The translations under genes and the position numbers were made by a program. From Selaginella moellendorffii (Eukaryota; Plantae; Lycopodiophyta): a stretch of DNA of 64,000 nucleotides. The stretch is taken from NCBI RefSeq assembly GCF_000143415.4, contig NW_003314406.1:205007-269006 (forward strand), read 5' to 3'. Of this stretch, positions 11,726 to 25,601 are shown piece after piece; within the stretch, counting starts at the first letter, position 1; each line of letters begins with the position of its first letter. A model generated the notes under the pieces. The model ran no database searches. It had not been told where the DNA came from and saw only the letters and a program-made list of their open reading frames with translations.

Positions 11726-14700
11726 TTAAGGTGGCCAATGGTGTAGAGACACCAAATGTGCCAAGGTGTAATACCTTGAGGTTATGTTAGTGGGTTCATA
11801 AGAACCCCTTGCCAAAGGAATCCCAATGGAAGTGGGAATGGCATAGCCTAAGCTAGAAGGCATGTGGTAGAGTGTGGTGACCAAAATAATGATGGAGGTG
11901 TGGAAGCACCAGCAATGAGTTGTAGGACTTGACAACTATGAGGCAACTAAGCAAAAGGTGCAAGATAATTGGTTAAACTGGTAGAAGGTAGCTACTCAAG
12001 ACTTATTAATGGCATAAGGAAGTTAGATATACCCTTATAGGGGATAAATTGCTTATGTTGCGATGTAGTAAGTCAATGTCGTAAAAGGGAATGCTCATTG
12101 TCAAAGAGGCCATCATTTGGGACATCCAAACACTCTAGAACACCAGGAGGTGGTGTTTTATGTCGCGAGGGCAATAGATAAAGCCCAAGGGACTAAGTCC
12201 CTAGCGAATGATGGATAGAAGGTGATATCCAAATGTCCAAGGTTGCAGAGACAAGAGAAGTCCGTCTACCCAAATTGGACAAAGCCAAAGAGGGATTTTG
12301 GCAAGGCTAGTGATGGGCATATAAAGGCCCATAAGTAGCAACGGTGATCCCAGTGTGTGGGATTACAAGGTGAGTAAACCCGGATTGAGGAACCACTCCC
12401 TAAGCTGTCAGGTAGGTTCATCCCTATGAGTACTTGCCAAGGCATGGTAAAAAGTGCAAAGCTATTTTCCTAGTTTGGAGGAGAATAACCGAAGGAAATG
12501 TATGAGGCCAAAAGGCAAGTAGTATAGGGATAAAACCGAACTATAGGAATTGATAGGCATGACCAAGGGTGGTTATGCAAGGTTGGAGTGGAGAATCAAG
12601 TGGGTGCTCAAGGATGTTGTTACTAGCGACTAGGATGCCATGGAGAATCTAAAACATGGGATTGTCCATATTAGACTATATGGTAATTGGAAAGTTTACA
12701 AAAGGAGAAGCTTTAGCAAGCCAAGGAACAGAGTTCCTTGAACGTTCCCCTAGGTAGATAAGTACCTAGTCAGCCAAGTGTAAATGGTTCATAGAACGCG
12801 CAAAATCAGAGTGGCGCAGCAGAAGCGTGGTCTTGAAGCTTGCCATGAGGCGAGGCTATCAAGATTGGGGAAGTAGTTCCCGAGTGTTTAAAGAGAGGGC
12901 TTTGAACGAAAATCGATGGTTAAGGACTTTCACGTTTATGCATGAACCATGTTACGGTGGCCGAATGACTTGCTAAGTGAGATTGGCAAGTCGAGGGGAA
13001 CGAATACCCTAGTTGAAGGAGCCAACTTCAAAGGGGTGGCCTAGGGGGCCGAGCATGGAGGAGTCCATGCATGATCACAAAAAAATGTCAAGTGAGAGGA
13101 CTTGGCAATGCAGAGGAACTAGGTTCCTAAGCTGTGATCTGTAGCGCTCTTTAAATGTAAGTTGGTGCACCGGCATGGGGAGTCACACCAGGCATCCAGT
13201 GTGATGCCGTCCGTAGATGCATATACGGAGGTTGGGTTCGAGTCCCAACCCTCTAGTGCTTGGGTTCGAGTCCCAAATCACTAGGGCGTGGTGATGGTTT
13301 GGAATATGAGGACACTTATATTTTGGTGCTCATGGACTCTCAATGAGGAGATTGGCTTGGGCACACCGCCAAGTGGGGGATGCCTTAGAGTCGTGATGCA
13401 CGGTTAGATTGCTTAGAGTGAAAGCTCAGTATATCTAACTTGAACACTTTGGTGCAAAGGGCACCAAGGACGTGGTGAATGAGATGGCGACACCTAGTCT
13501 CAGTTGCTATGGATCCTTGGCCGGAAGGGCTGGCTTGGGCGCACCGCCAAGTGTGGGGGATGCCCCCAAGGTCATAGTCAACAACGTAGAGGGGTCTGGA
13601 AGACTTAGTTCCTATTGGTAGACCTATTAAGGGGTCAAGATGAGATCACTAGGTGATCTTGTGGCTAAACAATGACAAGGTCTTTGTTTGGGTTAAAGAA
13701 TATGATTCCTAGTTTAAAGTGTTGATTTGAACTATTGATAATGGTGTGGCTTGGTCAAGGTGACCCAGTGGGAAAAACACCTAAGGGAAATGGGTTATAT
13801 CAATGCTGTGGTATAGTAAGTCTGAGGAAGGTAGTCTCTATAAGAGATCCAAGGGAGGATTTCAAACATTGGGCCGTGGATAGAGCCCACAACAGAAAAT
13901 GTTAAAGAGACGTACTAGGGGTGAACACCCTCTGGACTTGGCAAAGCAAAGTGTTTGCTATGGAACTGAAAGGAAACCTCGAAAATGGAAGTAACAATCC
14001 TATGTTGCTGGGTGCAACAATCAAGGGTAGGAGCAAAAGACTAGTGGCTAAGAAAAGAGCCATGGGAATCCTGGGAAAGAATCCAAATGGCAAAGTTAGG
14101 CCGAGAACACTAATGTGTTGAGTGCTAATGGATTGTGGGAAAGGCAATGTTTCCCCAAGGGTGGATTCCCAACCGCTCCGATTTGGCGAAAGTGGATGCT
14201 CCAAAGGGGGGAGTGGTAATGTAGCCAAATAATAGGACCATGGGCAGCCCTAGCACCAATTACGATAACTGAAACTTAGTGTCAAAGGTGGCACGATATC
14301 AGAGAGAGGATGATGGTATCCTCAAGTAAAGAACTTCCTAGGATAGGGAAGTGGAGTTGCACCATGTGCAATGTAAGGTGTCGGAGACACCTAGGAAATT
14401 GACTCTGAGAAGTCAAAATTAAAAGTTCCAAAATGCAAGGTTATGTCAATGGGATCTGAGACTACTTGAGAATGAGTAGTGGAATTGAGTTAGAGAGGGA
14501 GTCTCTAATGGGTTTAGCGAGAACTGAACCAATAAAAGGGAGCAAACCACCCCAGGTGGTCGAATGAGTCTCTATGTTGGAGAGACTATGCTCCTTAGAG
14601 AATAGACAAGGCATGGTGTGCCTTTGGTGTCAAACCATAGACAAATATTGGCTTGGTGCCAAGGATGGAACTAGTAATACATGTGGGTGTTACTTTATAA

Positions 14701-15178
14701 AAGGGTTTATCGTTCGATGAGGACATCGAACTTCGTCTATAGGTGGTGGAGTTGTGAGACACAAAATCCCTAGGCCCCAAAGTGGAGTCGGAACGGCGTC
14801 ATGTGGTAGTGGCCGAAGCGAAAGCCAAATGAGCGTAACACGTTTGGACTAAAAGCTCCGACTTGGATGGTTGAGAGCAGGAGTGGAACTCCCAACAAAG
14901 TGTTCGAGGAGCGAGCATGAGGCAACCAATAAGCAAGGCTCCAAAAAGGGACCCGAGATGGAGTTTGAGATGGACCGAGATGGAGTCCGAGATGGAGTCC
15001 AAGATGGAGTTTGAGATGGACCGAGACGGAATTCGAGATGGACCCGAGATGGAGTCCGAGATGGACCCGAGATGGAGTCCGAGATGGAGTCCGAGATAGA
15101 GTCTGAGATGGATTCGAGATGGAGTCCAAGATGGACCCAAGATGGAGCCTGAGATGGACCCGAGATGGAGTCTAAGAT
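11726..15178 (+). mobile_element. Second family A fragment: internal region, PPT and truncated 3' LTR (from 14753)
   Basis: PPT then TGTGAGACACAAAATCCC at 14753; breaks inside the minisatellite at about 15178; no intact ORF. Confidence 0.8.
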
Positions 15179-18100
15179 GTTTTTTATGGTTTTCTCTAAA
15201 TTGGTCTTTTGGGTTTAAGACATCAATAGAATGTTATTAGCTTTTGCTAAAAAACTTGAGTTCCTTAGTATAGTTGACTAGGGTTTATATCGATTGGCTA
15301 GTGTAATAATTGGTATGAACATTATGTGTATCGCTCTTTGCAACACTCATTCTGTTATGTTGATTTTTATTATAGTTGATTTTGATAGATTGGATGTTAT
15401 TTCCTTCAAGTGATATGTTCACGAGATTTTGCTATGATACTTTATGTTCTTTGAAGTTATCTTACATAAGTTGCTATCGCGAATATACCTTCGGGTATCA
15501 AAAGTTACCTGTCGGCTAGTCCTTTCATATATTCTTTCCTTACTGCCACGACGGCAGAAGGTCGGTATTGCTGGGCCCGTTATCAGTTCCCACTTGGGCT
15601 AGTTGAGAAACTAGTCAATGACCATGTACTTAAATCGGATAAACATAAAGTAGGAACCCTATATGTTTCTTGCTGAGCATACTCGGCTTGGTTTGAGAAA
15701 CTCTTGTCATTGGCTTGCACTTGTTAGTATTAGGAACCCCTGCAACATTGAAATTGATCCCTCAATATTCGCTAGATGATAGTTTACCATGTTTGCCAAA
15801 CACCCTCGCTATCATGCCCTTTGTGTTAGTCTCATTTTGGTCCCAAATACTATTTATGGAAAGTGTCCAAATTTGCTTATTTGGCATATCTACGGAATGT
15901 AGAGATTGGCCTGAAGGCAATGGTGTTTGTCCCGTGTCCAAATTCGCAATCTAGCATCATTCCATATTTAGTAAGTTTTAAGCTTATCCCAGAGACTAAC
16001 TCCTGATACTAAGGGAGGCTTGGGGTGAAAGCTCAAAGTGTGTGTTCCTCAAGGGCGGGGGCTGTGGGGGGTTCCAAATGTATAGTAGGGATAGTGAGTA
16101 GGTCGGGCATGGCCGACCAACCTAAGGCATAATCTAACTCCCGCTTGCATGCCTGTCCTTGTTTTGCATCTGGCTTGGTTCTAAGCCCAAGTTTCATTCC
16201 ATGTTAGCTGGTGGAGTACCCATGTCCTTGCATTAGGCCACCGGTATGCTGAAATAGCACCAGACTATGTTTGGCTCCGTTTTGTGTGCTGGTCCTGGCA
16301 ATGGGATGCTAGTTGCTCTAGGACTGTTCCAAGTCGTTTCGAGCTCCTGTCCCTTCACTCCTTGGGATATATGCTCAGGAGTTGCTCTATGGTCCAGTTC
16401 CATCACTCCTTGGATCCATGCTTGGGAGTTTGGCGCTGTTCCTTTGTTTAGTGGCCCAAGGCCCTGAACCTCGGGTTCCGCACCATTGTCCTTTAGACAC
16501 ATGGCATAAAGAGGGTTTAGGTTCTGCTTCATGGTGTTATCCTATGGTAAATCACCATAGGATAAAGGGTAAAGACCATGTGTGCTACATTTGGTATCAG
16601 AGATTGAGTCTCGGTGATTACTATCCAATGAGATTGGGCAACTAGTCTTGTTATATACGCAGAGATGAAAACAATGATCCAAGTGGGTACACGTTTGGGT
16701 GCAAAAGCTTCGCAATTGTTCCTTGGGTATGGATTTGGTTACCTTTTCATACCTTATGATGTGAGCTTGCTCTTGGGCTCAAAGGATGGATTTGAGGTGT
16801 ACCATCTTGCACGAGTTTGAGCTTAGGCTCGTGAGTGAGACACATTAGCAACTCAAGGCTACACTTTGAGTTGGTAGGATTAATGTTAGCCTATCATTGT
16901 TTCCATAAGTTGTTCTAGTGGTTCCGTGACTTGTTCCATGTACCATGGGTGAAAGTAAACCTTCCCTGGGTTTGCTATGAGTGGCAACTATGCTGGTCCG
17001 TAGCTGTTTAGCACGGCACTAGTGGACCTTTGTAGGCATGATTAGAAGTGAGTCAACCAAGATTGTAGGGATTAGTCTATTGGTTCAAGTAATCATTGCC
17101 GTGCTCTCTCATAAACTTTTCTTAAATTGGACTGAATGCAATGTGAAAGCAAGCTTAGGGTTTAGTTAAAAATGAGACCGAAAAGAGAGTCGTCAAGGAT
17201 GAAGGATCAAACACATAAATCATTCTCTCTTCTTGGAGAGATGATTTGCAACGAGGTGTGGCTCATTTGCTCGTGTTCACATCATGCTATCAAGAGTCCC
17301 TATCTTAATGCATGTTGAAGATGATGATCTTACAATGGTGAGCTGTGGGATGGATAGCGGTGAAGCCCTAAACCATTTTGTTTAGGCTTACTATTGAAGA
17401 CTTAGGTTGCAATGTTCAATTCTTTTCCGGGGAACCTTGCTATTGCTCCTTGAGTAGCCTGGTGTTGGATTAGTTTTGAGTTTGGTCAGAAAGAGAGTAG
17501 CATGAGCTTATCCATGTGTGTGAACAAAAGTTAATGATGTTGAGTGTTGTAAATCTCTATCAGTGGAGTGTGGCATTTATGTTGCATTTTGTCGAATCGA
17601 GTTGACACTTGATACTTGCATAAACCTTTGAAGTAATAACATGGGTGTTGCTCATGGTGTTGCTCAATTGATAATCAATTCATTGTGATTTTTTATATCA
17701 TATCCATATGATAGTGAGTAATGTGTTTACGAAGTTGCTTGGTTAAATGATGATTAATCCCAAAGTGGTTGATGGTGAAGCTAGTCTACTTGCACAAAGT
17801 AGTATTGTAGTAGCTTTGACTAGATTCTCGATGGTGATCCATTATGCTAAGCTTAAGTTGATTCCTTAGTTCCTTGAGGTTGCCTATTGAAGTGTTGGAA
17901 AAGGGTTATAGCATTCACTTGTTATGGCTTGTTTGTTGATCTGTTAGCACTTGGAGTAAATTATTGGATGGAGAAGATGTGTAGTTAAAGCATTGACATT
18001 GCTAGCATTTGTGTTAGTGGAACTGGCATTGTTGTTCGAGTGATGAAGAATTTTCCTTAGAGCTTGATTTTCCATGTCATTTTTCTTGTTAGTATTTTGG

Positions 18101-20100
18101 CTTCACATTAGATCTTGAAGGTGGTTGAAGAAAAGTGTTAGTGCAATGTGGATATCCGAAGATGTGGTGTTCGTGATCAAGCCTTGGATGTTCACTTTGC
18201 ATTTTGCGGATGTTGGTGTTGGATGTCGAATATATGGGCAAAGATATTCGATGCTTAAGTATATTGTTGGATCATGAGAATTTATGTTGAGGTGATCCTA
18301 TGTGAAGTGTAGGTAGGAGAAAGTTGGTTAGGTCTTAAAAGTTTGTATTTCTGGACTAAGAGTCATTCTTTCTCTAGGATGGAAAATTTTCCATGAATTT
18401 TCTTAGGTTTTTCCAATGCCTAATCTGTTGATCACTTTGCTCAAAAACCATTCTATTTTCGTAAGCCAATACAAACTAATAAAAGGGTTGGAGTTGACTT
18501 TGGTTAGCTTAGACCTTAGTAGGTAGTTTATATGATGCGACTCGAAAGGGATGCTGACTTTTGGGGCTAAGGCAATTGAGTTGGATAGAGTCTGAAGTTG
18601 GTGTAGAAAAGTGGCCGTTGCACTTTTCTAGAAAGGTGACCCTTGTGCCTTTTTCTGTAGCATTCTGCTTAGTGGTAGGTTGCACCTTACATTTCGTTAA
18701 GTCTCTATAAGAGTAGAGAGCTCTCACTAATCTTGATTTGGTCTTGGTAGCTTTGTGCCTTGGCTAAGAATAGTGATGTCCAAGTTAGTTGTTTGAGTTT
18801 AAGATGTTGGTACCCGTACTATAGCTTTGTCATTGAGGAGGTTGTGTACCGATATGAATCCATCTCATGGTCTTCATTTTAGTTTTGACTAAGTGTTAAT
18901 CATGCATAGCTAGCTTCTTCAAGGCATGCTCAGAGCTATTAACTAGATGTGTTAGTGAGCTTATCACGATTGAGTTGGATTTGAGTGGTCTTTTAGTTTG
19001 TGCTTGTCCATGAACCTTTATCTCATACCTGGGGTATTACGTTCATGTTGGACAAGTGTGTGACTCGATGGCATGAGTTTAGTGAGAAGGCAAGTTGAAA
19101 AGTGATTATTAGTTGTTTTGCGACTAATGATTGCTTGTACTGTTAACACTTGCTTCACTTGATTATGATTCAACAATGATAAGCTTGCTTTACCGAATGA
19201 TGTTGCAGAGGATTGTGTCATTAGACTTACATGGGTTTTCCATGTTGGCATATCGATTCTACCTCTGTTAATATCATTTGGTTGCATTTAGTTCGTGGTG
19301 TTGGATTTCATCAAGTCTTGGACGTGGTGATTCACTCCTTAGTGATGTGTTATTTAAAATTGAGTATTGTTGAAGAATTAGTCTCGGATACTGAATAAGG
19401 TATCTTTGACTTTGGTTGGCTTGGTTGCAAAGAGGTTTGAGTGGTGATTCACTCTTGCTTTCTTCTATCTTTGTTATGGTGACAATGGCATTGAAGTATT
19501 GCCTTGTCGTTGACATTATTGATGTTGAGATTCAAGTGAGATGAGGTGTTTGTCCTTAGGATTGACATTGAGTTTCATTAGTGTTGATGATTTGGCTATG
19601 GCTTTGTGTTATTGGCATTCGTGCATTTGCTACTTTGCAACTGTATTGACATTCAAATGAACTAAGTGGCAAGTTGAGTTAGTTAAGTTCTCGATGAGAT
19701 TGTTTATGAGGGGTTGAGCTTTGAACTTTTCCTTGAAAAGTGATTTAGTCGTGAACTATACTAGCTTTACAAGGGAAAGAGTTAGTGATCGATATTTGAA
19801 TGTTTGAATTCTTATTGGATTTGAATTGAAATATATCAATCATTGATGATTCTTCTTGTGCTTGTTATGAAGTGAGTTACATCTTGCTATAGATGGATTC
19901 ATGGAGGATTATTTGGTGATCACTTGTTGAGCATAGCTTTGTTATGCTTAGCTTTTGGAATGATGCAGATATGCTCTTCATTAGCTTTGGCATTATGAAG
20001 TTTAGCTTCTGGATGTGTTGAGGAGGATATTGTGGGTTATACCATGATTTCTTCTTTAGCATTGATATTAGTTCATGCAAAACTTGTGATCATTGTAAGG

Positions 20101-20923
20101 CAGAGTGAACACGGACCGACAAGCGTGGGTAGCTTGGTGAAGTGTTCAAGAGCCGGCTCTAGTTCCCCCGGGAGATCAACTGGCCGATGCTCCCAGTCCA
20201 AGTGTGGGTGGCACTACCTACTTGGATACCTGGTGTGGCTCAATGGAACCTTGCTCTAAGCCCATGGCTAGAGCACCCAAAGGCGGAAGGCGGGGAGAGT
20301 ACCCATGAGGCCCGCGTAGGGCCACGGTGTTCCGAAATGTTGTCCCAAAGGCCCAAACTGTGGAAAGGAAGAGGAGTAGTCCTTTGGTGTAGTGACCAAG
20401 GATACAATCGAGTGGTGAGGAAGTCTTAAAGGACTGTGGGACTTAGTGGTCGGGCCTGTGGGCCTCGATCCAGTGGCAGTGTTGGCGAACACGGCCATGG
20501 GCAGAAAGGGACTTGGTGAAGACCAGAAAAGGGATATTGGGGAAGGCTATTCCCTATGTCTGTGGGCATCCTAAGGATGCTAACGAGCGGATCCGGAATG
20601 ATCACTCTTGGACGGATGACCCAATCCTTGAGAGATGGGACTGTGATGCAGGTGGTGTTAGACCTCCGGTGTGACCAAGGTAAAGGGGCATGGCCTTAGC
20701 GTAACGGGCTGATATATCGGTGGTACCTTGGGGTGTCGGTCATGGGATCGGACACGTGGAGCACTTGGATCAAGTGCAAAGGTTGAGTGGCGGGGATGCC
20801 ATTCTCGGGGCTAGCAAGCCCAAGTCTGAAATAGGACTTATGAAGGTTGTGAGTGAGACTCCTCTAAGTGGTTGGAGGTGTGGCTAAGTGACTAAAGTAG
20901 AATGGAAAATTTAGTCGCTTACA
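20101..20923 (+). mobile_element. 5'-truncated family A LTR inside B1
   Basis: Matches the 3' half of the family A LTR, ending GTCGCTTACA; left junction removed with adjacent B sequence. Confidence 0.85.
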
Positions 20924-21423
20924 CTAAGCATTTATCATTGAGTGTTTTTGATTATACACTTACTATTGAATTTTATTGGGTAATGAATCCTATATTTCCC
21001 AAATATGATGATCTTGGTGGTTCCTATACTCTACTACTAGTTTATCAGATGATAACTTACTTGGAATACTTTTGTGTTCTAATCTAAGATATATTCATTG
21101 ATAATTAAGTCTCTAAGATATCATTGTCTATGACTTTGATATTGTCCATCTATTGATCTTTGAACTTGGGCTAGTATAGGCAGACTGGCTTCGGCACTTC
21201 TTGTGCATGGTGAAATCTCTAGTCATGGGGTAGCTACTGGGGACTGGTCACATCACCTGCCTCTCTGTCGATGTTTCTTATTTCGTTTAAAAGGGTGTGA
21301 TCCTGTAAACAACTCTAACTGCCTGTTTATAGTAGTCTATCTAAACCTTATCGACAGGTTTGGTTTCTTTACTCAGGAGGGTTGGGCCCTCTGGCTTCTC
21401 TCTCTATGTCCCTGTGGGTAGGG

Positions 21424-23270
21424 TGTGAGACACAAAATCCCTAGGCCCCAAAGTGGAGCCGAAAGGGTGCCATGTGGTAGTGGCCAAAGCGAAAGCCAAA
21501 CGAGCATAACACATTTGGACTAAAAGTTCCAACTTGAAAAGGTCGAGAGTGGGAGTGGAACTCCCAACGAAGTGCTCGAGGAATGAGCACGAAGCGAGCA
21601 ATAAGCGAGGCTCCAAAAAGGGACCCAAAAGGACCAACACATGACACGTGGAAGTGTTTGAGATGGATCCGAGATGGACCCGAGTTGGAGTCCGAAGTGG
21701 AGTCCGAGAAGGACTCCGAGATGGAGTCCGAGGTGGATTCTGAGGTGGAGTCCGAGGTGGACCCAAGATGGATCCGAGATTGAGTCCGAGACGGACCCGA
21801 GACGGAGTCCGAGATAGACCCGAAATGGACCCGAGATGGAGTCCGAGATGGAGTCCGAGATGGACCCGAGATGGAGTCTGAGATGGACCCGAGGTGGAGT
21901 CTGAGATGGACCTGAGATGGAGTCCGAGATGGAGTCCGAGATGGACCCGAGATGGACCCGAGATGGAGTCCGAGATGGACCCAAGGTGGAGTCCGAGGTG
22001 GACCCGAGATGGAGTCCGAGATGGACCCGAGATGGAGTCCGAGATGGAGTCCGAGATGGACCCGAGATGGAGTCCGAGCTGGACCCGAGATGGAGTCCGA
22101 AGTTGAGACTAAGACCGGGACTGAGACCAAGACCGAGATCGGGACCGAGACCGAGATCGGGACCGAGACCGAGACCGAGGCCGAGGCCGAGACCGAGCCC
22201 GAGTCCGAGTCTGAGTCCGAGTCCGAGTCCGAGTCCGAGTCCGAATCCAAGTCCGAGTCCGAGTTCGAGTCTGAGAGGGTGAAAGCCCAAAGCGTTCGTC
22301 TCCCAGACCCTGGGGGGTTTGGTGAGCTCCAAAAGTATAGTAAGGGGGAGGATTGTAGTGGAGCCAGTTTGGCCAAGAAAGGCCAGTTTGGCCCAGGAAG
22401 GCCAGACCCAGTGTTGGGTGATGAGCTGCCCACTGGGAAGTCCAAGACTAGAGTGAACACGGACCGACAAGCGGGGTAGCTTGGTGAAGTGTTCAAGAAC
22501 CGGCTCTAGTTCCCCCGGGAGATCGACTGGCCGATGCTCCCAGTCCAAGTGTGGGTGGCACTACCTACTTGGATACCTGGTGTGGCTCAACAAAACTTCG
22601 CTCTAAGCCCATGGCTAGAGCACCTAAAGGTGGAAGGTGGGGAGAGTACCCACGGGGCTCGCGTAGGGCCACGGTGTTCTGAAATGTTGTCCCAAAGTCC
22701 CAAATGGGGGAAAGGAGGAGGAGCAGTCCTCTAGTATAGTGACTACGGATACGGTCACATGGTGAGGAAGTCCCAGAGGACAATGGGACTTAGTGGCCAG
22801 GCTTGTGGGCCTTAATTCAATGGCAGTGTTGGTGAACACGGCCATGGACAGGAAGGGACTTGGTGGGGACCGGAAAGGAGACATTGGGGAAGGCTATTCC
22901 CCATGTCTGCAGGCATCCTGAGGATGCTATGGAGTGGATCTGGGATAGCCACCCATGGATGGATGGCCCAATCTTTGAGAGACGGGATTGCAATGCAAAT
23001 GGTGTTGGACCACCGATGTGACCAAGGTGGATGGGCATGGCCTAGCATAACGGGCTGGTATTTCAGTGGTACCTTGGGGTGTCGGTCATGGGATCGGACA
23101 CGTGGAGCACTTGGACCAGGTGCACAGGTTGAGTGGTGTGGATGCCATTCGTGGGGCTAGCAAGCCCCAAGTTCTGAATGGGACTTATGGAGGTTGCGAA
23201 TGAGACTCCTCCAAGTGGTCGGAGGTGCGGTTAAGTGACTAAAGTAGAATGGAAAAATTAGTCGCTTACA
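21424..23270 (+). mobile_element. Family A solo LTR
   Basis: TGTGAG...CTTACA, perfect 5-bp TSD TAGGG, no PBS or PPT beside it. Confidence 0.95.
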
Positions 23271-25569
23271 TAGGGGCGTATCACTCTTTTATAAGCTAGG
23301 TGACACCCAAAGTAGCAAGGGTGGCTGACTCCGTTGGTCATTTCCTTGTCAGCAACGGCCGGAAGGTGTCTGAGCTAGTAACGCATCCGTGTTAGACAAA
23401 GAGGTTGCCTCCTAACTCATTTAAGTTGGTGCATTTCTCACATAGTATGAATACCGTGAACTTTTGCTAGAGTTGTTTCCTTGGCGGTATTCTAGACTCA
23501 AGTATGCATCGACGAGGATGTCGATCTTCCCTAGGGGGGGAGAGTGTGGTGAATGTGACTTCGGGTATCGAAAGTTACCTGTCATTTAGTCCTTACGGAC
23601 ACTCTTTCCTTACTGCCACGACGGCAGGAGGTCGGTATTGCTGGGCCCATTATCAATTCCCACTTGGGCTAGTTGAGAAACTGGTCAATGACCGTGTACT
23701 TAAATCGGATAAACATAAGGTAAGAACCCTATGTGTTTTGTTGCTGAGCATACTCGACTTGCTTTGAGAAACTCCTGTCATTGGCTTGCACTTGTTAGTA
23801 TCAGAATGCCCCGCGACATTGAGATTGGTCCCTCAATATTTGCTAGATGATAGCTTACTGTGTTTGCCAAACACCCTCGCTATCATGCCCTTTGTGTTAG
23901 TCTCATTTTGGTCCCAAATACTATTTATGGAAAGTGTTCAAATTTTCTTATTTGGCATATCTACGGAATGTAGAGATTGGCCTGAAGGCAATGGTGTTCG
24001 TTTCATGTCCAAATTCACAATCTAGCGCCATTCCATATTTAGTAGGTTTCGAGCTTGTCTCAGAGACTAACTTCTGATACTAAGGGAGGCTTGGGGTGAA
24101 AGCCCAAAGTGTGTGTTCCTCAAGGGCAGGGGCTGTGGGGGGTTCTAAATGTATAGTAGGGATAGTGGGTAGGTCAGGCATGGCCGACCAACCTAAGGCA
24201 TAGTCTAGCTCCCGCTTGCATGCCTGTCCTTGTTCTGCATCCGGCTTGGGTCTAAGCCCAAGTTCATTCCATGTTAGCTGGTGGAGTACCCATGTCCTTG
24301 CGTTAGGCCACCAGTATACCGAAATAGCGCCAGACTCTATTTGGCTATGTTTTGCGTGCTAGTCCTGGCAATGGGATGTTGGTTGCTCTAGGACTGTTCC
24401 AAGTTGCTTTGGGCTCCTGTCCCTTCACTCCTTAGGCTATATGCTCAAGAGTTGCTCTGTGGTCCGGTTCTGTCACTCCTTGGATCCATGCTTGGGAGTT
24501 TGGCACTGTTCCTTCGTTCAATGGCCCAAGGCCCTGAACCTTGGGTTCTACACCACTATCCTTTGGACACGTGGCATATGACACATGGCATGTGCCACAT
24601 GGCATAAAGAGGGTTTAGGTTCCACTTCGCCTATGGTAAATCACCATAGGATAAAGGGTAGAAACCACGTGTGCTACAGTTGTTTAACATGTTATTTACA
24701 ATCTTAGATAGTTAAGTTTTATTATTGAGTTTTCTTGATTAACATTAGCTATTGAATTTTGTTTGATGATGAATCCTATGTTTTCCGATTATGATAATGA
24801 TCTTGGTGGTTCTTATACTATAATACTGGTTTATCAGATGATAACTTACTTAGAATACTTTTATATTTTAAGATAAGATTTATTCACTGATAATTAAGTC
24901 GTCAAGATATAATTTTTTATAATTTTGATATTGTCCATCTATTGATCTTTCAGTTTGGGTTAGTATAGGAAAATTGGCTTCGGCACTTCATATGCATAGT
25001 GAAATCTCTAGTCATGGTAGCTACTGTCAATTGGTCACATCACCTACCTCTCTCTTGATGTTCTTTATTCCATTTAAAAGGGTATGACTGTGTAAACAAC
25101 TCCAACTACCTATTTACAATAGTCTATCTAAACCTTACCAATGGTTTGGTTTCTTTGTTTATGATGGTTGGGGCCTATAGCTTCTCTCTCTTTGCCTGGG
25201 TGTATCACACTTTTGTAAGCTGGGTGACACCCAGAGCAACAAAGGTGTCTAACTCTATTAGTCATTTCCTTGTCAGGGATGGCCAAAAGGTGTTTGAGTT
25301 GATAGTGCATTTGCGTTAGAGATAAAGGTTGCCTTCTAACTCATTTAAGTTGGTGCATTTCTCACAAAGTGTGAATACCGTGAACTTTTTCTGGAGTTGT
25401 TTCTTTGGCGATATTCTAGACTAGTGTATACATCGATGAAGACACTGATCTTCTTTAACAAGGGGAGGGTGTCGCAAATGTGACTGTGGGTATCAAAAGT
25501 TACCTGTCAGCTAGTCCTTACGGACACTCTTTCCTTATTGCTACAACAATAGGAGGTCAACATTGCTAG

Positions 25570-25601
25570 TTTTAGGGCTTAGGGTTTAAGGTTTAGGGTT
25601 T
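25570..25601 (+). repeat. Interstitial plant telomeric repeat, about 4 x TTTAGGG
   Basis: TTTTAGGG CTTAGGG TTTAAGG TTTAGGG TTT flanked by ATTGCTAG direct repeats; absent from the other B LTRs. Confidence 0.75.

Larger units (their letters stand above)
15475..24678 (+). mobile_element. Non-autonomous LARD-like LTR element B1
   Basis: LTRs 15475-16589 and 23545-24678; PBS TTTGGTATCAGAG at 16590; PPT GGGGGGGAGAG; TSD GTTGC/GTTGT; no long internal ORF. Confidence 0.88.

Noticed and set aside
13200-13290. tRNA gene
   Set aside because: Only T-arm-like hairpins; no D arm, anticodon arm or acceptor stem
22410-22445. 5S C-box-like GGGTGA..CTGGGAAGTCC in the family A LTR
   Set aside because: The match is short and gapped with no A box; it may be chance
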